From an uncultured cyanobacterium (lineage in GTDB: Bacteria > Cyanobacteriota > Cyanobacteriia > Phormidesmidales > Phormidesmidaceae), in contig CAWBZI010000004.1 in NCBI GenBank assembly GCA_963793265.1, positions 384,001 through 448,000 on the forward strand: a stretch of 64,000 bases of DNA, given 5' to 3'. The notes under the pieces are model-generated. The model was not told where the DNA came from, did no database searches, and saw nothing but the letters and a program-made list of their open reading frames with translations. Within the stretch, counting starts at the first letter, position 1. Every line of letters starts with the position of its first letter. Positions 11,010 to 21,174 of the stretch are shown piece after piece. A program made the translations under genes and the position numbers.

Positions 11010-11471
11010 TGTCAATGCCAGGTGCAAAAAGCAGCGCTGGGTGCTCCCGATGTATTTACTTAAGCTATTTATTTAGGCCATTAATTTAATTCATGGCTCA
11101 CAGTTGGCTCACAGTCCTAAAGCCTCTGAATCTAAAGACTCTGCTCCGACTCGGAAAGTGCCGCAGGCCCAAGCAAACCTACCTATACTTAAGCTACACC
11201 TCAATTCAGTAGAAGCCCTGACTTTCATTGCTGTAATTCGTAAAAAGATTACCAAAAGTTATGAAGAGTTTGTAGGGTGCTAGGTAATATCCCCATGAAA
11301 GTACTTGGTTCGTGCTTAGCCAACGGCTTCAGTGCTGGCTTCAAGTCTTTACTCGTGCCGAAATGAAGCCGCTGGCATGTGATCGGTAGACGGATGAAAT
11401 CTATCAACATTTGCTGCTAAGGTTTCAGGTAATAGAGATGTTCTTACTACGAAATACCCACCAAATAACCT

Positions 11472-13106
11472 ATGAGGCTTGTTAGCGATCCGGCGATCGC
11501 CACTAAAATTGCTCGGATGAAACAGCGGGTTCGCTGGCGACATCCCCTGGTCACTCAGCGAAATATTGACCAGACGCGACTCGTGCTGCCCTCTGAAGGC
11601 AACAGCCAGAGTGAAACTCAGAAGGGTGGTCAGGACTTTTCTTTTTTGGTGATTGGTGATAGCGGTACGAGCCGTCATCTGCGCGATCGCCCCCAAAGGC
11701 GGGTAACTAAGCGGTTGCTAGAGCACGAGCAAGACTGTGACTTTGTTTTGCACACGGGCGACGTTGTATACCTCAGCGGATCGAGCGAGCAGTATCCTGA
11801 TAATTTCATTCGGCCCTACCGCGAATTTTTGGTGAACGGCGATCGCCCTGACAAAATTCGATACGACAAAATGACGTTTAACAAGCCGTTTTTGCCGGTG
11901 CTAGGCAATCACGACTACTACGATCTGTCGCTAGCGGCAGGCACGTTGAGCAAGGTTTTGACACCGCTGCGTCGGCTGCTGCACAAGCGAATTAACTTAG
12001 ACATTGGTTGGCACGGCTCTTTTCAGGGCGAAGGGTTTGCTAAAGCGTTTCTAGACTGCTTAGAGTTTGTGGGCTCTGCGCAAATTGCCGGACATTTAGA
12101 CCGGCACTATACGGCTGAGACTAAAACGGGGCGATCGCTAGCCTACCAGCCCGGCAAATTCACTCGTTTGCCCAATCGCTACTACACCTATCGCAGAGCA
12201 GGCGTTGATTTTTTTGCGCTCGATAGCAATACGTTCAATGAACCTCAGCCTTTGCCTAATACCGAAGCAGGCCGAGAGCAGCGTAAGCGAATTAAGGAAT
12301 ATAAAGAGAAGCTAGAAGAGAGAATTCAGTCGCTTCAGCTAGAGTCGGCAACGCTGGATATGGCAATTTCTGACCAGGCTGAGCGTGCTACTAGCATCTA
12401 CGCCAAAGTAGAGCAGCTTGAAGAGCAAATTAACGATATTGACAAGCAGCTTAACGCCTCACCGCAAGGGGTCACTGTCGATACTGAGCAGCTAAACTGG
12501 CTACGCGATCGCCTGATTGCCTCCTGGCAAGACCCCACCGCCAAAGGCCGCGTCCTCTACTTTCATCATCCGCCCTACGTCACTGAAAAAACCAAGTGGT
12601 TCCAGGCGCAGACCCTTGCGGTTAGATTTCATATTCGCCGGGTGCTAGATGATGTGCAGGCGGCAGTAGGAGAAATCGCAGGCGATCGCCCGCTGGTGAA
12701 CTTGGTGCTGAGCGGTCATGCCCATTGCTTTGAGTATTTGACGACGCAAGAGACGGGGCATGGCGATCGCAATATTCCCTGGATTGTGTGCGGCGGCAGT
12801 GGCTTTAGCCTGCGCAGGCAGCGGAAGGAAGGGGCCGTGCTAGAGGAATTTGGTGAGGCGATCGCTAAATGTCATCTCTTTTTAGGTCGCTCTGGCAGTG
12901 GCAGCAAAAAGCGTCGTCCTTACTCTGCGCTGCGTGTTGATGTGAAGTACACAGACGGGGCCGCGCTCCCTGAGTTTGTGCTGCGACCTCTGGTGGCCGA
13001 GCGCTATCAGGGCGACTGGACGAATTACGACATCGATCCGATTGTGGCAGGCTCGGAAGACGTGCCTGCCGACGCGCAGCCCGTTGTTGCAGAGCTGAGT
13101 TCTTAA
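11472..13106 (+). CDS. Calcineurin-like metallophosphoesterase with a coiled-coil insertion
   Basis: GDSG, GDVVY, GNHDY, HHPPY and GHAH motifs. Confidence 0.9.
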   Translation: MRLVSDPAIATKIARMKQRVRWRHPLVTQRNIDQTRLVLPSEGNSQSETQKGGQDFSFLVIGDSGTSRHLRDRPQRRVTKRLLEHEQDCDFVLHTGDVVYLSGSSEQYPDNFIRPYREFLVNGDRPDKIRYDKMTFNKPFLPVLGNHDYYDLSLAAGTLSKVLTPLRRLLHKRINLDIGWHGSFQGEGFAKAFLDCLEFVGSAQIAGHLDRHYTAETKTGRSLAYQPGKFTRLPNRYYTYRRAGVDFFALDSNTFNEPQPLPNTEAGREQRKRIKEYKEKLEERIQSLQLESATLDMAISDQAERATSIYAKVEQLEEQINDIDKQLNASPQGVTVDTEQLNWLRDRLIASWQDPTAKGRVLYFHHPPYVTEKTKWFQAQTLAVRFHIRRVLDDVQAAVGEIAGDRPLVNLVLSGHAHCFEYLTTQETGHGDRNIPWIVCGGSGFSLRRQRKEGAVLEEFGEAIAKCHLFLGRSGSGSKKRRPYSALRVDVKYTDGAALPEFVLRPLVAERYQGDWTNYDIDPIVAGSEDVPADAQPVVAELSS

Positions 13107-14248
13107 CTCTCAGACGTAGACCGGTGGCGGGTTCGCGAAAATGCGATCGCCGCGCCGCTCAGTGCCAGCATTCCCAGTACGCCAGTGGGCTCAGGGACGC
13201 TGACGCCATCAGGAGGTGTGGGTGCCTCTGGCGACTCATCTAACGCGGCTAAAGCTGCTTGGGCGATCGCCGCATGACCTGCTGTGGTGGGGTGAACGTT
13301 GTCCCAAAAGAAAAATTCGTTCGGGTTGTCGCAGATGCCCGTGAAGGTTCCATCTGGCTGAAAGTCAGTGAGGCAGGGATCGTCTATATTGGCGAATCCA
13401 AAGCTGTCTGGATCGGCTGCGATCTCTGCTACGGCAGCGGCTAAGTCGAACTGAATAATTTCAGTGCCAGAGGCCGCTGCTAAAGCTGTTAGCTTTTGGT
13501 CGAGTAGTTGATTATGCTGAGCAGCAAGCCTAGTAAGAATCGTAGCGCTCTGGGTGTTTACCTGGGGGTTTAGCTGATTGAGCTGGTCGGCAAAAGGCTG
13601 AAATCCTAGATCAGGCAGGTTGCTGACCAAAAAACTATCGGCCCCGGTGCTGATAAGCGCGGCTACTGCGCTAACGATGTTGTCGGTGACCTGATCGGGC
13701 AGCGTTTGAATATAAGCTGCTACGCTGGGTCTGATAATGGCTTCGTTATAGTCGTTGCCACCCGCCAAAAGTACGTTGAGCGCATTAGGACTCGAACTGG
13801 TACTCGGAGGCACAACGGCAGATAGCGCGCCGAATGTTTCGATTTGCTGCTGAAGTCCGGGTAGGGGAGGGCCGCCCACGTTTTGGTCGGAGCTAAAGCT
13901 GCCGCCGACTGCGAAGTTGATCCCGCCTGCCGGGGGCGAGGTTACGCCTGCAAATATTCCTGGCACGACAGCCGTCGATAGTTCGCTGGTAATGCCTAGC
14001 TCTGCGCCGACCTGCTCTACCCAAACGGGGCCGTTTGAGAGCCTTTGCGCGTAGGGTGGTGAAGGGGGAAATGCGCCGCTTGTGAGGTTGAAGATGTTGC
14101 CCGCATCGACTAGGCTATCGCCGAAAACGTTGATTTGTTCGTAGTTTTGAGCGATCGCACTCAAAGGCAGCAGAACGCTAACTGCCAAACTACCTGCTAG
14201 CATTCCAACGGCTGAAAACGTCCGCCTTGTAAAACCTGATCCACGCAT
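13103..14248 (-). CDS. SGNH/GDSL hydrolase with a PEP-CTERM sorting signal
   Basis: Signal peptide, FGDSL, GGND, DNVHPT and C-terminal VPEPT-TM-RxR. Confidence 0.9.
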   Translation of the reverse strand: MRGSGFTRRTFSAVGMLAGSLAVSVLLPLSAIAQNYEQINVFGDSLVDAGNIFNLTSGAFPPSPPYAQRLSNGPVWVEQVGAELGITSELSTAVVPGIFAGVTSPPAGGINFAVGGSFSSDQNVGGPPLPGLQQQIETFGALSAVVPPSTSSSPNALNVLLAGGNDYNEAIIRPSVAAYIQTLPDQVTDNIVSAVAALISTGADSFLVSNLPDLGFQPFADQLNQLNPQVNTQSATILTRLAAQHNQLLDQKLTALAAASGTEIIQFDLAAAVAEIAADPDSFGFANIDDPCLTDFQPDGTFTGICDNPNEFFFWDNVHPTTAGHAAIAQAALAALDESPEAPTPPDGVSVPEPTGVLGMLALSGAAIAFSRTRHRSTSES

Positions 14249-14442
14249 AAAAATACCTTATATGTAAATTCTATTTTCTTAGCAAAGCGTCCTATATGAC
14301 CCATACGCATAACTCGCGCATGATTTGCTAAAAATATGCACCGACCCAGGAGGGTATGGCCCACTTATAGAATTGATTAGGTACTGTGTTCAACTAAGTT
14401 TCCGTAATTACCGCAAACCTTCACATAAACTTGCTTTAAAGC

Positions 14443-14486
14443 AAAAATGCTGGCGAAAGCAGCGCCTTACGCCACTCTCACCAGCA
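14443..14486 (-). terminator. Intrinsic terminator of the RTX-protein gene
   Basis: TGCTGGTGAGAGTGGCG/CGCTGCTTTCGCCAGCA stem (with G-U pairs) followed by TTTTT. Confidence 0.6.
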
Positions 14487-14510
14487 GTCCGTTTGTCCTA
14501 GAATTTTTTC

Positions 14511-17500
14511 TTAGACAGTTGTCAATGCAGCTAAATCCCCTCTAAACCCAGTAATTTCAATCAAACCATCCTGACTAGCTAGGTAGCCATCTTGGCTGTC
14601 GTTAATTGCTAGGAATGTGCGCTGACCCAAGGTGAAGGTCGCAGCTTCATCAGCGGCGAAAGCGGTTTCTGTGAGTAGCGCCTGTAGGTCAAATTCGGTC
14701 AGGTCACTGACCTCGCCTAGCTGACTAATCTCCTCGGCAGATAGTGCATTTTGAGTATCAAGGCGGTCTTTGCCAATATATAGATCGGTGATGACATCAA
14801 AGCCTGTGAGCTGAGAATCCGTCAGTTCTGTAATCCTAAAGGTATCGCTGCCAATCCCACCCGTCATGGTGTCAGCCCCGCCCCGACCATCCAGAACGTC
14901 GTTGCCTTTGCGACCGTCTATTGTGTCATCACCCTCAAAGCCGATCAAGATGTTTCTAGCATCGTTGCCATAAAGCCCATCGTCAAATTGGGAGCCCAGC
15001 ACTTTTTCAATACTAACGAGGGTGTCGTTACTCCCCTGACTATCGAAAGCAAAACCATTAGCTAAGTCAACGACAACCCCGCCAGCAGCCCGAGAATAGT
15101 TAACAGCATCTACGCCGCCAGCCCCATCTATAAAGTCATTGCCAGATAGGCCAATCAGCATATTGTTGTGCTCGTCGCCGATCAGGGTGTCATCAAAGTT
15201 TGAGCCGGTAAGGCGCTCAATACTGATAAGCCGATCGCCTTGAGCCTCGCCACCCGATCCGACTGCAAATCCATCTTCTAAGGTAATAGAAACGCCTTCA
15301 CTAGAGCTGGCGTAGCTCGCCATATCCTTGCCCTCGCCACCATCAATCACATCTGCACCCTGCCCACCGAAGAATCGATCGTTCCCTTCGCTGCCTTCTA
15401 GGTAGTCGTCACCAAAGTTACCTCTGAGTACATCGTTACCTTCTCTTCCTATAATCAAATCCGCTTGCCCTTTGCCCTTTAAGATGTCGTTACTAGCAGT
15501 ACCTTCTATCGTGTTGAAGTTTGGCGCTTCAGGAACATCTGTCACGTTGATATTGACGGATCGGACGGCTGAAGTGTCTTCGCCGTCTGAAACGATGAGG
15601 TCTAGTCTGTACTCCTGCTGAGTTTCGTAGTCTAGTAGGGTTTCGTTGGTCAGCGCGATCGCACCTGTCGCCGCATCAATCGAAAACACCGACTGGCCGC
15701 TACCGCCAATAATTTCCCAAGCTTGCAAATTATCGTACTCAGCATCTTCAGCATAAGCTAAGCCGATAACCGTTCCATTCAAGCTATCCTCAGCAATTTC
15801 AAACGTCTGATAGTCATAAATCTCAGGCGCATCGTTAACTGCGACAACCTTAATCAACACCTGATCGGTGTCTATAAGTGGCGGTGCGCTGCCGTTGTAG
15901 CTGCTTGATATGATAGTTAGCGTGTCAGTACCGCTAAACTCAGGGTTTCCTTGATAGGTAAGCGTAGCTAACGTTTCATTAATAGCGTCCTGACTACCAC
16001 CTAAGACCATACTGCTAGTATTATTTTCGCCATGATAAAGAAAAGTGTCACCGACTAAATCCACTGAGAGCGTACCATTCTCAACCCAAATTTCTGTTCC
16101 TTCTAAATCACCGTCAGCATCACTTACGCCGATGCCTTCAAGCAAGAGTTCAGTATCCTCCTCTACTGTCAGCGGCTTGAATAGAACAAGATCATCAAAC
16201 GAAGTATATCTGCTTGTAAACTCAAGGCTGCTGAGGTTTGTAAATCCATCTAACACCACTAGCTCTTTCTCAAAAGCCCTAGATGTTGTGTAGCTTTGAG
16301 TAATTCTACTGCCATCAGCAAACATGCCTGTAAAAGTTAGCGTTTGAGAATCAACATCCTCATAATCTTCTGAGACATAGATCGAGGCGGCATCAAAGCT
16401 ACTACCATCTATTGCCTCTACATATACAACAGAAGGTTCATATGGTTGAGTGTTGCTCACCATATTGAATGCAGGTGATTCACTAAAAGATCCCCAACGC
16501 GTCTCGAAGTAAAAACCACTTTCTTCGTAGATGTAACCGTCACTAGCGCCGCTGAAGCTAATTAACGTAGGATTAGATGGCAGCGTATTGACTGGTGCTG
16601 TATCTACAAAGCGAGACACGTCAATGAGGAGTTCGTCGGTATCGGTAAGCTGTAGTCCTGAACTATCTGTAGAGGCAATTATGAGCCTTTCTGTACCCTC
16701 GAAGCCTAAGTCACTACGATAGGTAAGCGTAGCTAGGGCAGCATTAATTTCACTTTGACTGCCGCCTAGAGCAAAGCCGCGGGAGTTATTTTCGCCATCG
16801 ATAATAGTTGCGCCCCCTGACAAATCGACCCCGAGCGTACCGTGCTGAACCGAGAGTTCGGTGCGCTCTAGGTCACCGTCTATATCGCTAACGCTAATGC
16901 CTTCAATGACAGCTTCAGCGTTTTCTTTCACCTTTAGCGGTGCAACTAAAACGAGATCGTCAAACGCAGTAGAATCGGTTGTAAACTCAAGCTCTCTTAA
17001 GTCAGTAAATCCGTTCAGCGTTACCAGCTCTTTTTCAAAGTTTTCAGGCGTCGTATAGTTTCCAGGTGCCGTGTTGTTCTCAGTGGTCGTATAGGTTTGG
17101 GAAACAATATCGCCATTAGCGCGTATCCCTCTAAATTCCATCGTTCGAGGCCAACTATAGGCATCTAGCTCTGAGACAAAAATAGAGGCGGCATCGAAGC
17201 TACTACCGTCCATCGCACTTACTCGTACGTTAGAGTACGTGCTGTCAGTACTGACCATATTGAACGCGCTAGCTCTAACAAAGCCGTTCCAGTTTGTCTC
17301 AAAGAGAAAGCCATTTTCTGCGTACACATTAGTGCCGATGGCATTGCTAAAGTCAATGAGCGTGGCTGTAGACGGCAGCGTATTGACGGGCGCTGTTTCT
17401 GTTAGGTAAGACACGTCAATGAAGCGTTCGTCTGTATCAATAAACCGTGATTCTGAACTATCTTCGGAGAAGACAGTAAGCCTCTCTGTGCCCAAAAAGC

Positions 17501-18917
17501 CCGGATCGCTGCGATAGGTAAGCGTAGATAAGGCAGCATTAATTTCCGCTTGAGTACCCTCTAAAGCAAAGTCGCGAGAGTTGTTTTCGCCATACATAAT
17601 AGTCGCTCCTCCCGATAGTTTGACCCCAATGGTGCCAAACTGAACTGAGAGGTGAGTGCGCGCTAAGTTGCCGTCAAGATCCCTAACGCTAATACCTTCA
17701 ATGGCAACTTCAGTGTCGTTTTTCACCTTTAGCGGCGAACTCAAAACGAGATCGTCAAATGCAATAGAGTCAGCAACAAACTCAAGCTCTCTTATCTCTG
17801 TAAATCCGTCGAGCGTCACTCGCTCTTTTTCAAATGCTCCAGACGTTGTGTAGAACTGAGAGACTGTGCCACCGTCAGCGAGCCTACCTATAAATTCTAT
17901 TGTTTGAGGGCCAGCAGCCTCGTCTATTTCTGAGATAACAATAGACGAGGCGTCAAATCTATTATTATCCATCGCTTTCACATGTACGCGAGAAAACGTA
18001 CTGCCGACGGCCACCATATCTAGCTCAAATGGCCTGATAAAATCACGTCCGCCTGCCTGTACGAGGAAGCCATCTTCCGCGTACATGTCGGTGCCGATAG
18101 CATTATCAAAGTCAATCAGCGTTGATGTAGGCAGCGTATTTGCGGGTGCGCGCTCGGTTAGGTAAGACACATCGATGAAAAGCTCGTCTGTATTGGTGGC
18201 TGGTACGCCCGTGCTATCTGTAGAGAAAATAGCGAGCTTGTCTGTACCCAAAAAGTTCGGGTCACTGCGATAGGTAAGCGTAGATAACGCCGCGTTGATC
18301 TCGTTCTGTGTGCCCCCCAAAGCGAAGCCGCGGGAGTTGTTTTCACCATTGAGAATTGTCGCGCCTCCTGATAGATCTACCTTGATTGTGCCGAACATCA
18401 CTGAGAGTTCAGTGCGTTCTAGATCGCCGTCCGCATCGTTGACGCTGATGCCTTCGATTGGAGTTTCGGTATCGTCCTTTGTTTTCAACGGTGCCATTAA
18501 AACAAGATCGTCAAACGAGGCAAAATCGGTTGTAAATCTAAGATCTGTTAGGTCTGTAAAGCCTTCTAGAGTCACCAGTTCTTTTTCAAAACTGCCAGTC
18601 GTTGTATAGCTTTGAGAGACAATGCCACCGTCAGCGAGCGTGCCTATAAATTCCAGCATACGGGGGGTAGAAGCGCCATCTATGTTTGCAACTTGAATAG
18701 AAGAGGCGTCAAAGCTGTTGCCATCCATTGCCCTGACATACACCTGAGAGTCCCAAGAATGGGTGCCTACCATGTCGAGGTCGGATGATCTGCTGAACGG
18801 GCTCGAATTTGTTGTGAATAGGAAGCCGTCTTCTGCGTATTCGTATGTGCCAATAGCGTTATCAAAGTCGATTAGGGTAGCGTCAGAAGGCAGTGTATTG
18901 ACAGGATCGTTGGACAT
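14511..18917 (-). CDS. 1468-aa type I-secreted surface protein: four ~255-aa repeats, a cadherin domain, RTX Ca-binding repeats and a C-terminal bluetail-like domain
   Basis: Four P(V/A)NTLP...DTD repeats; VNDAP..LLDYETQ cadherin motifs; GGxGxD nonapeptides; RTFLAIND..IEITG C-terminus; no Sec signal. Confidence 0.88.
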   Translation of the reverse strand: MSNDPVNTLPSDATLIDFDNAIGTYEYAEDGFLFTTNSSPFSRSSDLDMVGTHSWDSQVYVRAMDGNSFDASSIQVANIDGASTPRMLEFIGTLADGGIVSQSYTTTGSFEKELVTLEGFTDLTDLRFTTDFASFDDLVLMAPLKTKDDTETPIEGISVNDADGDLERTELSVMFGTIKVDLSGGATILNGENNSRGFALGGTQNEINAALSTLTYRSDPNFLGTDKLAIFSTDSTGVPATNTDELFIDVSYLTERAPANTLPTSTLIDFDNAIGTDMYAEDGFLVQAGGRDFIRPFELDMVAVGSTFSRVHVKAMDNNRFDASSIVISEIDEAAGPQTIEFIGRLADGGTVSQFYTTSGAFEKERVTLDGFTEIRELEFVADSIAFDDLVLSSPLKVKNDTEVAIEGISVRDLDGNLARTHLSVQFGTIGVKLSGGATIMYGENNSRDFALEGTQAEINAALSTLTYRSDPGFLGTERLTVFSEDSSESRFIDTDERFIDVSYLTETAPVNTLPSTATLIDFSNAIGTNVYAENGFLFETNWNGFVRASAFNMVSTDSTYSNVRVSAMDGSSFDAASIFVSELDAYSWPRTMEFRGIRANGDIVSQTYTTTENNTAPGNYTTPENFEKELVTLNGFTDLRELEFTTDSTAFDDLVLVAPLKVKENAEAVIEGISVSDIDGDLERTELSVQHGTLGVDLSGGATIIDGENNSRGFALGGSQSEINAALATLTYRSDLGFEGTERLIIASTDSSGLQLTDTDELLIDVSRFVDTAPVNTLPSNPTLISFSGASDGYIYEESGFYFETRWGSFSESPAFNMVSNTQPYEPSVVYVEAIDGSSFDAASIYVSEDYEDVDSQTLTFTGMFADGSRITQSYTTSRAFEKELVVLDGFTNLSSLEFTSRYTSFDDLVLFKPLTVEEDTELLLEGIGVSDADGDLEGTEIWVENGTLSVDLVGDTFLYHGENNTSSMVLGGSQDAINETLATLTYQGNPEFSGTDTLTIISSSYNGSAPPLIDTDQVLIKVVAVNDAPEIYDYQTFEIAEDSLNGTVIGLAYAEDAEYDNLQAWEIIGGSGQSVFSIDAATGAIALTNETLLDYETQQEYRLDLIVSDGEDTSAVRSVNINVTDVPEAPNFNTIEGTASNDILKGKGQADLIIGREGNDVLRGNFGDDYLEGSEGNDRFFGGQGADVIDGGEGKDMASYASSSEGVSITLEDGFAVGSGGEAQGDRLISIERLTGSNFDDTLIGDEHNNMLIGLSGNDFIDGAGGVDAVNYSRAAGGVVVDLANGFAFDSQGSNDTLVSIEKVLGSQFDDGLYGNDARNILIGFEGDDTIDGRKGNDVLDGRGGADTMTGGIGSDTFRITELTDSQLTGFDVITDLYIGKDRLDTQNALSAEEISQLGEVSDLTEFDLQALLTETAFAADEAATFTLGQRTFLAINDSQDGYLASQDGLIEITGFRGDLAALTTV

Positions 18918-19173
18918 AAATTTAAACGGTGAACGTTTTCGTATATGTCAAAAGTGCCCAGTTTGTTGCCTGCCAAAAGCGCTGAATGACGCGTTTTTGC
19001 AAAGCTATCGTGGTGATTTGTACCCGTTAGAAGATATTACTTATGCGGAGATTACGCGATCGCATTCCCCACTCTATTGTTCCTTAATGCCTTCTCTTTC
19101 GTTCCATAACAAATCTAGCTGTGCCCTCAACAGAACATAGCTAGACAGCTTCAAACAAATTTGAGATAGTTGC

Positions 19174-19626
19174 TTAAGCGTTATTGAGCTTGTCCATTTG
19201 CCAGGTTGTAAGCGTGCCGATGGGGCTCCAGGCAAAATAGGGTAGCAGCAGCACCGCTGCCCACCCCGAGATTCTTAAAACGCTAAAGGTCAGCAGCAAA
19301 CAAACAACAAAGCCTGCACCGCCTATAAATGATGCGAGCTTGAGAGAGTGCGTCCAAAACAACAGTGGCGTAAACGCAATCGTTACCAGCTCTAACACAA
19401 TGTATGCCGCCATCCAGCCCCAAGACTGAGTTTGTTCCCACACGATGTAGGCCGACCAGGCTCCACAGATGAAAACAACCGTCCAAATGACGGGGATGAG
19501 CTTTTCAAAGGTGAGCCAGTCGGGGCGCTCTAGCCTGCGGAACCACTTTACGTCTTTGGGTCTGATGATGTTTGAAAGGAGGGCGATCGCAAACGTGACA
19601 ATCCCAATGACCAACCAAGATTTCAT
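19174..19626 (-). CDS. tspO: TspO/MBR tryptophan-rich sensory protein
   Basis: WFRRLERPDW, IPVIWT and LLLPYFAW; about five TM helices. Confidence 0.88.
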   Translation of the reverse strand: MKSWLVIGIVTFAIALLSNIIRPKDVKWFRRLERPDWLTFEKLIPVIWTVVFICGAWSAYIVWEQTQSWGWMAAYIVLELVTIAFTPLLFWTHSLKLASFIGGAGFVVCLLLTFSVLRISGWAAVLLLPYFAWSPIGTLTTWQMDKLNNA

Positions 19627-19643
19627 AATTCAACCTGCCAAAA

Positions 19644-20450
19644 TTAACCTGTCCAAGGCGTACGGAAAGAAGGAAACAGCGTCAGGCCGCCGTCAATAAA
19701 GAGCGTTTGCCCGGTGATATAGGCCGCATCATCGCTGGCTAAAAAAGCCGCGACTGCCGCCATTTCTTCTGCTGTGCCCGAGCGCCCCATAGGAATATGG
19801 CTTTCAATATCGGCCTTGCGCTCCGGGTCATCTTTCCAAGGATTGATCGGTGTGAGCGTAGCACCAGGGGCAAAAGAGTTAATTCTAATATTGTCGCGAG
19901 CATATTCTAGGGCCAGGGTACGGGTCATTCCCCGCATCCCAGATTTACTCATGGTGTAGCCCACGTACTGAGGCCGCGGAATCAGCTCGTGAACGCTCGA
20001 GTCGTTCACAATCACGCCGCCGCCGCTGTCTAAAAAGTGCTTAATCGCCTTGCGCGCACACAAGAACGCACCGCGCATGTTGATATCGATCATTTTGTCG
20101 AACTGATCGAGCGGGATTTCATGAGAAGCGCCTTGAATTTGCATTCCAGCATTGTTGATCAAAATGTCAAGTCCACCAAAGGTAGAAATTACCTTTTCAA
20201 ACATGGCGGTAACGTCTTCTTCTTTGGATACGTCAGCCTGTACGGTCATATCCTTAAGCCTGCCGGGCTCAACACCTGCTTCCTTGCTGGCCGCGTGCAT
20301 TTGTTCGATAGTGGCGTCGGCTTCTTCTTCGCCTTTGTAGTAGTTCACCGCGACATGGGCCCCTTCTTGCGCAAATCGGATTGCGATCGCCTGCCCAATC
20401 CCGCTACTTGCCCCAGTCACCAGCACGTTTTTACCTTTCAGCCCACGCAT
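19644..20450 (-). CDS. Glucose 1-dehydrogenase-like SDR
   Basis: VTGASSGIG, SSVHELIP, YTMSKSG, LALEYA and YITGQTLFIDGGLTL. Confidence 0.85.
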   Translation of the reverse strand: MRGLKGKNVLVTGASSGIGQAIAIRFAQEGAHVAVNYYKGEEEADATIEQMHAASKEAGVEPGRLKDMTVQADVSKEEDVTAMFEKVISTFGGLDILINNAGMQIQGASHEIPLDQFDKMIDINMRGAFLCARKAIKHFLDSGGGVIVNDSSVHELIPRPQYVGYTMSKSGMRGMTRTLALEYARDNIRINSFAPGATLTPINPWKDDPERKADIESHIPMGRSGTAEEMAAVAAFLASDDAAYITGQTLFIDGGLTLFPSFRTPWTG

Positions 20451-20848
20451 ACAGAGTCCTAACTAAACCAACAATCAAACAAAGGAATTTATAGCAGTAT
20501 AGGGGCTTACTTCGCTACTTTGCGTGTAGCAGGCTATTAAGTTTTTGTCGCATAGCTCCATAACAAAATAGAGGGACTCGCCCTAGACGTAATCCTTAAG
20601 GTACAAACGTCTTCTTTAAAAGGGAGCTTTGCTTATGTCTCTTTGTAGAGGTATGCAAAACCGGGTCGATGTAAATTGTTAACGAATGCAACACCTGCCT
20701 CTTGAGCGTCTGCGCTTGAATGCTTATTTTCCCTCACGAAAATAGCCTTTTTCCCCAGCGCTTTTGTGTAGGTGAGATGCACTTGCTACTGAAAGCTTGC
20801 TAAAAGCTTTGTGGTAAGAAGGTTGTTTTAGAGACTTTACTATACGCG

Positions 20849-21091
20849 ATGGAAAATACAGACACTCAAGCGAAGCAAGCTGCATTGGACAATAAAAGCG
20901 CCTATGCAGGCAACGTGATGCCCGAGTCGGAAATAGGCGTCGATCAGATGGGCGAGCGTGCTGGTCTAGATCCTGAGCCTGAAGCCCCTCTGGCTGTTGA
21001 AGAAACGCTTGAGGAGCGCGATCGCAATCGGTACGAATTAGACCCCGATTCAGCGGCTGACCATTCCTCGCTCAATCAACCTGCATCTTAG
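20849..21091 (+). CDS. Small acidic hypothetical protein
   Basis: Clean ORF with RDRNRYELDPDSA near the C-terminus and typical codon use. Confidence 0.65.
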   Translation: MENTDTQAKQAALDNKSAYAGNVMPESEIGVDQMGERAGLDPEPEAPLAVEETLEERDRNRYELDPDSAADHSSLNQPAS

Positions 21092-21174
21092 TCGCAGGCG
21101 TACTTTATACAGCGCCTGCACCTGTCGCATAACGACACAGCCCAACCACTCAAAAAGAGGACTATTTAAAAACT

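Noticed and set aside
15845..18905. Possible DGR template/variable repeats in the RTX gene
   Set aside because: All copies are in-frame coding, differences are not adenine-specific, and there is no reverse transcriptase in the window
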